From: Albugo candida
Lineage: Eukaryota
Assembly: GCA_040437565.1 (NCBI GenBank)
Contig: JBDOQK010000063.1
Location: forward strand, 124,001 to 188,000
Reading direction: 5' to 3'
Length of the DNA stretch: 64,000 nt
Position numbers and translations under genes: made by a program. Numbering within the stretch: position 1 is the stretch's first letter; each line of letters opens with the position of its first letter. The notes under the pieces are model-generated. The model worked only from the letters and a program-made list of their open reading frames with translations, was not told where the DNA came from and searched no databases. Positions 12,307-24,361 of this stretch are shown piece by piece.

Positions 12307-13100
12307 ATGGAAAACAAAGTCGAGTCCGTTCAAGTATTTGGGCGAAAAAAGAATGCGACAGCGGTAGCATACTGCAAAGGAGGAAATGGATTGATCAAGG
12401 TCAATGGTTGCCCAATTGATCTCGTTGAGCCAGAGATATTGCGCGTCAAAACATACGAACCAGTTCTTTTACTTGGCCAACAGCGCTTTGCAAATGTAAG
12501 GAACTACCACGTCTTATCAGCAAGCATAACATTATGGATCATATTGTTGGCTGTCGATGCAAAGCATTAGATCCTTTCGTTGCTGATCATTTATATTCAG
12601 TGTATTGACTCATTTCTATATCGCACTGAAAACAGGTGGATATCCGTATTCGCGTAAAAGGTGGAGGGCGTACAGCACAAATCTATGCGATTCGTCAAGC
12701 GATCGCCAAGGCTTTGGTCGCGTACTACCAGAAATGTATGTTTACTATAATCGTGTGGANNNNNNNNNNNNNNNNNNNNNNNNNNNNNNNNNNNNNNNNN
12801 NNNNNNNNNNNNNNNNNNNNNNNNNNNNNNNNNNNNNNNNNNNNNNNNNNNNNNNNNNNGTCAAGCGATCGCCAAGGCTTTGGTCGCGTACTACCAGAAA
12901 TGTATGTTTACTATAATCGTGTGGAGGTATTCGTTCTCACAGTCTATTTTATAGATGTCGATGAAGCATCCAAAAAAGAAATCAAAGACATCTTAATGGC
13001 CTATGACCGTACGTTGTTGGTTGCTGATCCGCGACGGTGTGAGGCGAAGAAATTTGGAGGACGAAGTGCGCGTGCACGTTTTCAGAAATCGTACCGTTAG
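12307..13100 (+). CDS. RPS16: 40S ribosomal protein S16 (uS9), two introns, assembly gap inside
   Basis: [75 protein letters not shown]. Intron 1 is 12496-12635. 12694-12759 is duplicated after the gap. Confidence 0.95.
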
Positions 13101-13384
13101 AAAGATTAGTAGCTTTCTATTTCTTCCAATCGGCTTTTCATCCGGCTCTTACACAAATCCTTTAACAAAAAAAAAATCGCCCAAAGGGCTCGACCGATGT
13201 CCGAAATGTGTGCAATCGTTTTACACTCCTTCCTTCTAAAAACCGTATCAGATCTGATCCCTTAGAAACCTGGTTAACACAAATTGCTATCCGTTAAATG
13301 TTTTCGCTTCAAGAGGCTCGCCGTTACAAACAAAATAGGGTCGTATTTAGACGCGATAAAAGCCTTTGAAGCTTTCCCAACGTA

Positions 13385-14087
13385 ATGGCGTCCCCAAAAG
13401 AAGACGATTACGATTATCTCTTTAAGATTGTCTTGATTGGTGATTCTGGTGTTGGTAAATCCAACCTCCTGTCCCGATTTACGCGTAATGAGTTTCATTT
13501 GGAGTCGAAAAGCACAATTGGAGTCGAATTTGCCACAAAATCGATTGTTGCCGAGGGGAAAACAATCAAAGCTCAGATTTGGGACACTGCAGGTCAAGAA
13601 CGATATCGAGCGATCACAAGCGCGTATGTATTTTCTAACTCATCTTTTCCTCTAACTGTTTTGTTATGCACGCAGATATTATCGTGGCGCTGTTGGTGCA
13701 TTGTTAGTGTACGATATAACAAAACACGTTACATTCGAGAATGTGGAACGATGGTTAAAGGAGTTGAGGGAGCACGCAGACGCTAATACTGTGATTATGC
13801 TGGTGGGGAATAAGAGTGATCTTCGTCATCTTCGTGCTGTCCCGACCGAAGAAGCAATGGCGTTTGCTGAAAAAAACAATCTCGCATTCATTGAGACTTC
13901 AGCACTTGAAGCCATCGGTGTGGACTCTGCTTTCCAGCGGATCTTAACAGAAATATACAAGTTAATGAGTCGGAAAACAATTCAAGCAGAAGAGAGTCAA
14001 ATCAGCTTACCTTCAGGTGACAATATTGTGATAACCAGTGATAAGACAGAGGAAGGTGTTAAAAAGAAGAAAAGTAGCTGTTGCTAG
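13385..14087 (+). CDS. RAB11: Rab11-family small GTPase, one intron
   Basis: [60 protein letters not shown]-terminal CC. Intron 13624-13675. Confidence 0.95.
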
Positions 14088-14838
14088 GGTTGGATAAGGC
14101 GTGTCAAATATGCCAAAAAAAACTTTATGATGGCAACGTACGAGTAAATTGAATGACGATTTGCGTGCGTAACAAAAACATAAATTACCTGCGCCCTATA
14201 ATACAGGGAGAAGAAAAGTGGACGTCTGCAACGGGTTGTCCCTCTTAGAGATTGTTACCTTATTGGATACATAATACGTAGAATACTCATACGAGGTAGG
14301 TACAAAAGTACGAAACGTGACTCTCAACGTATATATTGATACAGCGGCTAACAATTGGAAGTGCACATACTGAGCTTCACATTTGTTTCACCAATCTTAC
14401 AATCAATAGATCAGGCAAAAATCACACACATCAAATTGTGCCATAGAGTCATGCTATCAAATCAAGACAAAGAGAAAGAGAATCGAACCTATGTGTCTTG
14501 AAACTTGAAGATCGAATCTAATCTGATCTGAAACAGATGTATTTGAACAGGGAAAGTGACTGAGTGACTTTGATGGTATAAAGTAGAAATCGTGTGAAGT
14601 GGTAATGGAGAATTAGAAAATCTCTGACGTGAATGTTTGGTATCACGCAAAGCTGTAGGCCGCAATCGACGAGTAAGACGGTTTCTTAGTCTCGCTTTCA
14701 TTCGGGTGGCTGTCATTGAAACAAGAGAGTCATTAAGGNNNNNNNNNNNNNNNNNNNNNNNNNNNNNNNNNNNNNNNNNNNNNNNNNNNNNNNNNNNNNN
14801 NNNNNNNNNNNNNNNNNNNNNNNNNNNNNNNNNNNNNN

Positions 14839-15748
14839 TCTTCGTGCTGTCCCGACCGAAGAAGCAATGGCGTTTGCTGAAAAAAACAATCTCGCATTCA
14901 TTGAGACTTCAGCACTTGAAGCCATCGGTGTGGACTCTGCTTTCCAGCGGATCTTAACAGAAATATACAAGTTAATGAGTCGGAAAACAATTCAAGCAGA
15001 AGAGAGTCAAATCAGCTTACCTTCAGGTGACAATATTGTGATAACCAGTGATAAGACAGAGGAAGGTGTTAAAAAGAAGAAAAGTAGCTGTTGCTAGGGT
15101 TGGATAAGGCGTGTCAAATATGCCAAAAAAAACTTTATGATGGCAACGTACGAGTAAATTGAATGACGATTTGCGTGCGTAACAAAAACATAAATTACCT
15201 GCGCCCTATAATACAGGGAGAAGAAAAGTGGACGTCTGCAACGGGTTGTCCCTCTTAGAGATTGTTACCTTATTGGATACATAATACGTAGAATACTCAT
15301 ACGAGGTAGGTACAAAAGTACGAAACGTGACTCTCAACGTATATATTGATACAGCGGCTAACAATTGGAAGTGCACATACTGAGCTTCACATTTGTTTCA
15401 CCAATCTTACAATCAATAGATCAGGCAAAAATCACACACATCAAATTGTGCCATAGAGTCATGCTATCAAATCAAGACAAAGAGAAAGAGAATCGAACCT
15501 ATGTGTCTTGAAACTTGAAGATCGAATCTAATCTGATCTGAAACAGATGTATTTGAACAGGGAAAGTGACTGAGTGACTTTGATGGTATAAAGTAGAAAT
15601 CGTGTGAAGTGGTAATGGAGAATTAGAAAATCTCTGACGTGAATGTTTGGTATCACGCAAAGCTGTAGGCCGCAATCGACGAGTAAGACGGTTTCTTAGT
15701 CTCGCTTTCATTCGGGTGGCTGTCATTGAAACAAGAGAGTCATTAAGG
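14839..15748. repeat. Apparently exact duplicate of 13829-14738 across an N gap (assembly overlap artefact)
   Basis: Sequence right of the gap repeats the 910 bp left of it at offset 1010, including the 3' half of Rab11. Confidence 0.85.
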
Positions 15749-15956
15749 AGCTCTAAGCACCTAACCTGAAGCCACGTCAGCATGGAGAATATTCCTTCCT
15801 CCGCATGTAAAATACGTAAGACACCGTATTATACAGTATTCTACAAACCATTATATAATTTCCATGAGGTAAAAATCACAGAGAACACCCCTCCGTGTTT
15901 ATGACTCATACCCTCGTTACTCATGAGAACAAGAATATGACAGGTGTTGGCACAGA

Positions 15957-16079
15957 GAAGCTGTATAAGGCGAGTTGACATCGTGGTGGTAAAGGGAAGC
16001 TGTATAAGGCGAGTTGACATCGTGGTGGTAAAGGGAAGCTGTATAAGGCGAGTTGACATCGTGGTGGTAAAGGGAAGCT
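15957..16079 (+). repeat. 39-bp tandem repeat x3 in the promoter of secreted-family copy 2
   Basis: GAAGCTGTATAAGGCGAGTTGACATCGTGGTGGTAAAGG at 15957, 15996 and 16035, plus a partial fourth start. Confidence 0.95.
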
Positions 16080-16170
16080 CGATACATACTCTACAAATTT
16101 TAACATGTAGAAAGCAATGTATCTCTCACTTTTCAATCTACCAGGTCCGGCTTCCAACATCACAATCACC

Positions 16171-16891
16171 ATGAAGCTCCTATCTGCCGCACTCATCCTT
16201 CTCAGTACCAAGAAAGCTATCTCTACTGGTCTGACAATAAGCACTTTTCAACAAGCGGAATGCAACAATATCAAATTCCCGGAGGACGGCTTTGATACCA
16301 AGTGTAGAACTGGTGGAAAACTTCTCGATCAACCAACAACTGAGTGCAGAAAACTTCTTCGAGCTAGAATTGCATACATAGCCAAGGTTACATTACTGAA
16401 AGGCTTTTATCGCAATCCAGCTATGCCGGGGATACCAGGTAACGAAGAAGCAAGTAACGTGCACCCAATAACTCTCGCAGCAGCAACACAATATTTCTTG
16501 ATGCCTAACCCACCGGTGGCCCAAAATGTTTTTGGTCCACCTTGACGAATATCTTATTANNNNNNNNNNNNNNNNNNNNNNNNNNNNNNNNNNNNNNNNN
16601 NNNNNNNNNNNNNNNNNNNNNNNNNNNNNNNNNNNNNNNNNNNNNNNNNNNNNNNNNNNACCATGTTATGGTAAGTCGTAATAAGATATTCGTCAAGGTA
16701 CGGCCCAAAATGTTTTTGGTCCGTACCTTGACGAATATCTTATTACGACTTACCATAACATGGTGAATGAGATACCATCGAGGTGGCGCGATGTCAAGGT
16801 CTTTGGGGTGGCTCCGCAGCAGCAGAGATCTTCGCATCCATACTACCTTAATGTCTTTGGTATCTATTTGACCTATAAATGTCATCCATGA
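16171..16891 (+). CDS. Small secreted Cys-rich protein, family copy 2 (split by a gap and a fold-back)
   Basis: MKLLSAALILLSTKKAISTG..C..FDTKC..C before the gap. After the gap the frame reads AQNVFGPYLDEYLITTYHNMVNEIPSRWRDVKVF...YYLNVFGIYLTYKCHP* (TGA 16889-16891), which matches the family C-terminus. Confidence 0.7.
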
Positions 16892-19103
16892 CCAAGATGA
16901 AATAGACAAAAAACTTACGACCGCAAGAAGCGGTTTTCTCTTCCTTTTCTTCCCTGTTGAGATAGTTTTTTCATTAGTACATGTACTTTTTTCGCCCCAA
17001 TTTGCTCCTCACTTTTTTTCATTCCTACTCAGTTGGTCGATGCTTTCACATACAAAACGCGTTGATACATCTCTTCTTTCTATCAACCACATACGCTCGT
17101 AGCGAAACGCTTGGAAATGAATGGTTCTTTGCTGTAACGTTCACAAGGGCTCCTTATACAAAATGTGCAAGTCAACACGTAAGAACGCTTCTTCGGCATT
17201 TGGAACGGAAGTAGTCAATGGTACCATCAGGGCTTCCAAGAAGCGTCAAGAATAGCACGGGCATTACCGTTCGATAAACACGAAAGGTAAATGATATGAA
17301 ACGCAACGAGGTTCACCCACACTTGGAAAGGGATCCTCCCTGCTGCTTAGAACATGTACCCGTCTTAACACGCTTCCTCCAGTATCAAAGAGATGGTTGA
17401 CAACAGGATTAGGCACTAAACACAATCATTGCATTACATGGAGGTATAGTAAGATGATTCGAGCAGGAACGTCATTTATGGTGATGCATGTGCGCAATCT
17501 ATCGCTACTTCTGGAGAGGCGAGGAGCGGCAAACCTTCAGAAGATCGTATGCCGACAACAGATTCGAAAAAAAAGAGTTTGTACCATAATGTCGCTGCTC
17601 TTTATTATCCAACTTTTATTCTGTGCCATAATCAAACAATTGAAAACAACGCACTGCAAGTTGGGTCTCCGCTTTCATCTTTCCCATTTTGAGGTAGAGG
17701 ATCAACGATTTTAACAGCGAACATAAGGAAAAAAGGCGATGGACCCTATATGCCGAAATTGCGAGTCACATCATATTGCAGCAGTAAAAGCGTTCGCATG
17801 ACAATAGTGAGTTGAAAGTGAAGATGGAAGCGAATGCAATCCTCGCAGGGGCAATTATACGACCGTATTTATAAAGAATGCCAAGTCCTTCTGCTCTGTC
17901 AGTTTTAAATGTCGTACATAAAAACAGAGCCATCGAGCACTTGTGGATGCATATAGATGGTGGGCGAATATTCGTTATTGGAAATTTGACTGCATGTTGA
18001 ATCCAAAACAGCTCTTAGGTCCGAAACTCTAGTGAGAGGCCACATTTCACAATTTCTCTGTATTTGGGTAAGCTTGTGCACTGAGCTGATTATATAAAAT
18101 CATTTGAAGTCACTCATCTTTCATCGTTCGAGCAATAAGTAGATGTTGCGTGATCTTACACAATCCCAAATAGTATACTCGTCATCTTCATTGTGGTGAA
18201 CACAAAGAAAGATAGACGACGTTTTCTATAAGAAAGCCGCTATGGCCACATACAAAAGCTTTTAGGCAGCACGTGTTGGAAGTATTTGATGTGCAGTAGT
18301 TGCAATAGAGGTAGAAGTAAAAGTAAAATATATGTAGCATTAACCTTCCGTGTTAGCACTGCAACATGCATGTGCAACGGCATTACAATCTTGATAATGT
18401 CACGTTTCACATGACGTCCGTCTGGTACCGCGTGGTGGCCGTCTCTATTCGTCCCATCTGTTACGTTGTCACCAAAAGAGCCGTTCAGGTGAGGTCGGAC
18501 TTTACCTGTTATGGGTCTTGCAGTTGACGCGCAAACCCTTGACGAATTGTCAGGAAACGATCTCTTTTGACAGCAGGCAATTATTGGATCTGAGGATAGT
18601 GATTCTTTTGTGAGCAATCTCATACTCATGCGCCATATTTGGTCGACCCGTCCATTATCATACTATCATCAAAGATATTCGATGACGTTCATGCGAACTA
18701 GACGAATATAGGACAACATGACGAGCTATAAAATGTATCTGAAGTGCTGAGTTTCGCTTGGAAGCAGCTGAAGGGCTAGATGTCTATTCAGGAGCTACTA
18801 CATGACGATGTTGTAAATCTCTTCAAATCGAGAAGATGCTGTGTTCTATCGCACATACGTTGACTTCTTGAAGGATATTGTCGTGAAGAGCACATTGGCA
18901 AATGCTCTCTTCTATTCCAAAAATGTTATTACACTTGTGATCTAATTCGTTCATTATCTTCCTTACCCTACAATGAGCCTGTGACCGTGTGAATATCACT
19001 CAAACCTTGCTTTAAACGGCAGCATCTCTTTGATAATGGCACTGCGGAAATCACGAAAACAGTGTTACGCAATACGAAATTGTGTTCTGTACGAACGCTT
19101 TAA

Positions 19104-19799
19104 ATGTCAGCGCACAAGTCCAAGCGCTCCGGGCAAAAGGAACGAGAAAATTGAAGCGAAAGAGTTTGCGTTTGGAAGTATGTAAAAGTGACAGTCAATT
19201 GATTCATTTTGTAGCTCGAATGGCTCTGACAAATATTGCGAGTGTATCGGAGGAAACAAAGAATCGAATTGTGAGTGAGCCACACGCATTATNNNNNNNN
19301 NNNNNNNNNNNNNNNNNNNNNNNNNNNNNNNNNNNNNNNNNNNNNNNNNNNNNNNNNNNNNNNNNNNNNNNNNNNNNNNNNNNNNNNNNNNNGTTGGCAT
19401 TTGCTTCTATTGAAGAGGAAGAAGAAGATTTCGAGACTTGTCGTGCGGCTTCTGGTGCCTTGGCGATGGTCTCTCAGGCTCCTAAAGTCAGTCAATTGAT
19501 TGTGAAACTTGGTGGTATTTCAATGCTATCGAAATTGGTCAAAGGATCGAAATATGAAGAAACCGTTCATCGTGCAATATTCGCTCTTGAGAATGTATTT
19601 ACGACACTTGCACAACAAGTTTGTCCGATTCCATCGTTATCTGATGACGTAAGCGACCAAGTCATTCAACAAGTGAGAGACGACATGGAGAAGCATGGAG
19701 AAGAGTTGATAGAGGAATTGGGAAGACTAATCAAATCGAAGAGTGGTGGCGTACCATCTCTCAAGGAACAGGCTCGAACGTGATTGAAAGCTCTAAACA
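19104..19799 (+). pseudogene. Internally deleted UNC-45 duplicate
   Basis: First ~20 codons of UNC-45 (VQALRAKG, frameshifted) are fused to LEVCKSDSQLIHF..TNIASVSEETKNR. After the gap comes the UCS C-terminus ending KEQART-TGA, where the intact gene has TGT (Cys). Confidence 0.85.
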
Positions 19800-20033
19800 T
19801 TCCAGCTCAGTCGGTTAAGCACTTGAGCGCACGGACCCCCGGCGGAGGTCGTTTGATCGATTCCCGGTAGTGTGGGCAGCGGTTTGAGCCCACACAAGCT
19901 CTAAGCTTGGAAAATATCTGCCTCCCTAGGTTTGAAGTCAGATTTAAGTGATATTCACACGGTCAGGGACTCATGATAGGATAAGGAAGGTAGTTGAAAA
20001 ACCAGATAAACAGTGCAATGAAATCCTTGACAA
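19800..20033 (+). mobile_element. tRNA-derived SINE-like element with 8-bp target-site duplication
   Basis: A-box-like CAGCTCAGTCGG (19803-19814) and B-box-like GATCGATTCCC (19855-19865). TCTAAACA flanks both sides (19792-19799, 20034-20041) and occurs once at the matching site of intact UNC-45. Confidence 0.65.
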
Positions 20034-20604
20034 TCTAAACAGTCCAAATTGACTGATTGGTTTACAAAGAAGTTGAATGATGTGGGAGAGATGTGGTTCG
20101 GAAAAGGGTCAGACGAAAATCACGAAAATGAAACAGCGGGGAGCATCACATCGTGTACTTTAAACATGCGACCGAAAAGAAAAAGGATAAAGGACAGGGG
20201 AGAGTATGGGGACTGAGATAGGAGATGGACTTCGATTAGATTTGTAACAAATTTATATGTGGAAAGGAGAGGCGAGTTGAGCTCATATTTCAATTGAAAG
20301 TAAAAATTGGGCTATCTGATAATGAAATTGATCTACGACTTGGATTTTGGTATGACACATACCCAAAGGACTCGCAATCGACGAGTAAAATGTACTCAGT
20401 GCCTCATCTTTGACATTTTCATGTTCGCATGTTGTTATGCTGGCTGTCAATGAAGCAAAAGGAGCCCTAATGAACTGAAGTAACGTTACCAAGTAGAATA
20501 TTTTGCATGTAAATACATTACGAAACGCATCATCGCGTGCTTTACAGAACATTATATGGTAGTCAGCGGTAGGAATCAGCTTTTGACTCAACTAATATCA
20601 CACA

Positions 20605-20770
20605 ATGGTTACTGATGTGAGCAGTAATGCAATGACATGTATAGACAAAACGGAGCGGGAAGACATGTGACTTGACCTCATGGTGAAATGGTTACTGATG
20701 TGAGCAGTAATGCAATGACATGTATAGACAAAAAGGAGCGGGAAGACATGTGACTTGACCTCATGGTGAA
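20605..20770 (+). repeat. 83-bp tandem duplication in the promoter of secreted-family copy 3
   Basis: Units 20605-20687 and 20688-20770 differ at one base. Each ends with GACTTGACCTCATGGTGAA. Confidence 0.95.
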
Positions 20771-20871
20771 AGGTAAAGGCCAGCTATTGATATATAATGC
20801 TCCAAAACGAAACACTTGAAAGTGAGTATTTCTCTCACTTTTCAATTTTATCGGCTTCAAACAACATCACA

Positions 20872-21414
20872 ATGACCATTTCCAAGCTCCTAGCTACCGC
20901 ACTCATCCTTATCAATACCCAGCAAACAAAAAGTCTGTATTTTGGACCTTCGGGACTCGTCTTTCTCAGACGCCAATGCAAAAATTTTGGATTTACGAAG
21001 GGCTCTTTTGAAACTGAATGCAGAGACAGAAAAAATCAGGACATTATCAAAGAGCTTACCCCTTCTTGTTTGGTCATGTTAAAATCCAAAATGGAATCAG
21101 TAGTCAATTATGCATTTCTATCGGACGAAACGGGTCTAACTATTTATACGAAAAAATTACATGATGTGACATACGCCACACTCGCAGTACGAGCCCGAAA
21201 TTACTTTAATCCGCCGAGAAATTCGGATGGTACAGATAAGGCCTACATCGATACCGTCTACTACTCACTAAAAAGCGCTTTACCAGAGCAGTGGAAGTAT
21301 ACCCGAGTGTATACGCAAAATACCAAGGACGACAAGTATCGCACAGACCATGATCAATTTCTCAACGTCTTCTCTATCTATGTGATTTGGGCGTGTTCGT
21401 CGCCATGGTTTTGA
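20872..21414 (+). CDS. Small secreted Cys-rich protein, family copy 3, 180 aa
   Basis: ATG 20872 (MTISKLLATALILINTQQTKS) follows TCACTTTTCAATTTT at 20835. C..FETEC..C and LPEQWKY...FLNVFSIYVIWAC. Confidence 0.85.
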   Translation: MTISKLLATALILINTQQTKSLYFGPSGLVFLRRQCKNFGFTKGSFETECRDRKNQDIIKELTPSCLVMLKSKMESVVNYAFLSDETGLTIYTKKLHDVTYATLAVRARNYFNPPRNSDGTDKAYIDTVYYSLKSALPEQWKYTRVYTQNTKDDKYRTDHDQFLNVFSIYVIWACSSPWF

Positions 21415-24361
21415 GGCATAGCCGAAAAAAAACTCACAAAAACAAAAAAAAACGCAAGGAATGCTTTCCTCTCCTTTACTTTTCATGGTGTAGTTAACTC
21501 ATTGAATACATGTTCCATCTTTTGCTTCAAATTAGCTTTCATCTTTTCTTATTTCCGCACGTTTTGTCCATATTTTTTCTTACAGTACGATGGAAAAAAG
21601 CTCTTCTCAANNNNNNNNNNNNNNNNNNNNNNNNNNNNNNNNNNNNNNNNNNNNNNNNNNNNNNNNNNNNNNNNNNNNNNNNNNNNNNNNNNNNNNNNNN
21701 NNNNNNNNNNACTCACAAAAACAAAAAAAAACGCAAGGAATGCTTTCCTCTCCTTTACTTTTCATGGTGTAGTTAACTCATTGAATACATGTTCCATCTT
21801 TTGCTTCAAATTAGCTTTCATCTTTTCTTATTTCCGCACGTTTTGTCCATATTTTTTCTTACAGTACGATGGAAAAAAGCTCTTCTCAATTCAAAAATCC
21901 ATTCTTTTGATTTGTATGCTTTGACACTAAAGATAATCTCCTTCTGTAAGCGGAAACTGAGAGAGTGCACCGATAAATATCTTCTTTGCTATTTACGGCG
22001 TACGCTCAGAGTGAACGTTCGGAAAGGAATGATTCTTCTCTTGAGCGTTCGCGTAGGCTCCTTACATAAAATGCAGTATTCAACACGTAAGAACGCTTCT
22101 TCCCCATTTGAAAGGGTAGTAGTCAATATGCGCCGTCAGGACTTTCTCGCACGGGCATAACCGTTTTGATGCACGAAAGCTACCTGATATGAAACGCAAC
22201 GAGTTTCTTTCAAACTTGGAAAAGAACCTTACTACAGCTTAAGGCAATTACCCATTCGAGTACGCTATGTTCATCATCGAAAACAACTTCAAGCAGCATA
22301 GTAGGCACAAAACACGATCGTTTGCATTACATCAACGTAAGTAAGGTGACTTTGAGCAGACATGTCATTTCTTGGTAAAGCTCATGTGCAATCAGTTGAT
22401 TCTCTCTACAGAAGACAGGAACGACATCTTATGACGGAGTCGAAAGCTATACTTGGATTATCGAAATGAATGAAGATTACGCTAAAACCAGGCCCGAACA
22501 AGCAGAGTAGGAGCCATATTGTCTATTTCCTTTGCTATAAAACTTTGATTCTGTGCCATGAACAAGCAATCCAACAGAGTATTGCGACCTAGTGTCTCCG
22601 GTAGCATCGTTTTGACTCGAAAAAGGGAATCAACGACTGGAGTGATTTACATCGAGCATGAAATGGAGAGTAGATGCTACCTTTAGACCGATTTCGCAAG
22701 TCACATCATATCGCAACAATAAAAGCAGTCGAATGTCTCTGATAAGCAAGAACAACAAATGAATTGCAAAGTGAAGGTGGAAGCGAGTGCAATCTGACAG
22801 ATGCAATTATACCGATGTATCCATGAAGGATTTCACGTCTGTTCTTATTTCAATTCATCGAGCAGTTGGTCGATACACGTAGATAATTAGGACTGTTTTT
22901 GAAAAATATATCCGCATGTTACATTCACAAGCAGTTTTACGCGCTAAAACCGCGATATTGAGAGGTCCAATGCTGCTTATCCCTGTACTTGAGTAAACTT
23001 GTGCACTGAAATGCTTTGATATTATTACTTCCATGTCACTTTTTCATCATCCTTCATCGTTCGAGTAACGAGTAGATGTTTTATGCTCTTACATGTTCTT
23101 AGTTACCGTATTTATTATCGCCATTGTGGTGGATAAAACAACGGAATGGGAATACGATATTTTCTATAAAGCCAAGACAAATTCGCTTTGGACAAATCAT
23201 AATCCTACAATGCTAAACTCTCGGAAGTTGCAAAGTGAGTTTCTCATGATGTTTCTCATTCTGAAGATTACAAGACGCTAAATGTGATGGAATGAGCAAG
23301 AGATCCTATCAATAACATTCACCTTTACGTAGACTTGAAAACCCACATCCAACTATTTCCCATGCGATATATAAAATCTCGGTTGACAAAAAAATTGAAC
23401 AAATCACAACATCGTCAACCACCTGAAACAGAAAGAAGGCTTCTACGTCCAGAATAAGAAGCTCCCAAAATAATCGACATTTGATCACGCAATTGGGCGC
23501 TTTTGCGGCAAGCGAGTGCCTACCCTTGTACGCTCGTAAGCGCCTTCAAAGAAAACCCGAATATTGCCTATCACGTCTACATACAGTAGTAAAAGAAATG
23601 TCTCGTTTTTCTTACGGTAGACAAAGGAGGATAGAAGCAAAAAGAAATCAACTTGAGAAGTTGCAAAATCATCTCAACACAATAAGACCGCCCCATGAGG
23701 CTGCGAACGAAAGCTTTTAGGTAGCAGGCAACTTCGGATTCGAAAGTCTTGATTCTTTTGTGAACAATCTCATACTAATGCACCATATTTGGTCGACCCG
23801 TCCATTATCATACTATCAACAAAGACATTCGATGACGTCCATGCGAACTGGACAGATATAAAACAACATGACGAGGTAAAGAATATATGCAACGTGCAGA
23901 TGTTCACTTGGCAGACGCATGCGTTTAATTAGGGAAAGCGGGAGTTTGCTGTTTCAGTCTCGACTAATCGAGTAGACGCTGTGCCGTGGCACATATACTT
24001 CGACTTATAAAGAACATGGTTGATGATGTGATCGCAACGCTTTGATGCATTACGCTCGTAGCATGGATAGTGCCACTTGCGGACGATACAAACTCTCGAA
24101 TCTCTATCAAATAGTATATCAAACGTTGCGTTTGAGAAAAGTCGCTGAAGGGATAACATTGCAACACGTTGCAAGTGTCCAATCGTAAGATTCATATCCA
24201 AATAGCAAAGTCTGCAAGGTAAGCTAAAATTCGCCAGAAAATTATACAGCAATAGGGAATTGTAATTTATCTCACCGCATCTAGAGAAGTTTTGGTCAAT
24301 TGTGAGTGGATCGTCGTTACAGATGCTGACGGGCGCACTTTACGCGGTGGAAATATCGAGT

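Noticed and set aside
14867-15097. Second Rab11 C-terminal ORF
   Set aside because: Part of the 910-bp duplication across the 14739-14838 gap, so an artefact rather than a paralog.
15957-16079. CRISPR-like array
   Set aside because: Head-to-tail identical units with no spacers, in a eukaryotic context with no cas genes.
20797-20871. Longer N-terminal extensions of family ORFs in the ORF track (also 580-639, 16117-16170 and 29337-29415)
   Set aside because: They run through the conserved Inr/FPR core promoter and are not conserved in frame between paralogs.
21433-21888. Direct repeat downstream of copy 3 (similar cases at 12694-12925, 27298-27693, 35379-36044, 43325-44818 and 55811-56042)
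   Set aside because: Each is a matching duplication centred on an N gap, consistent with scaffolding overlap.
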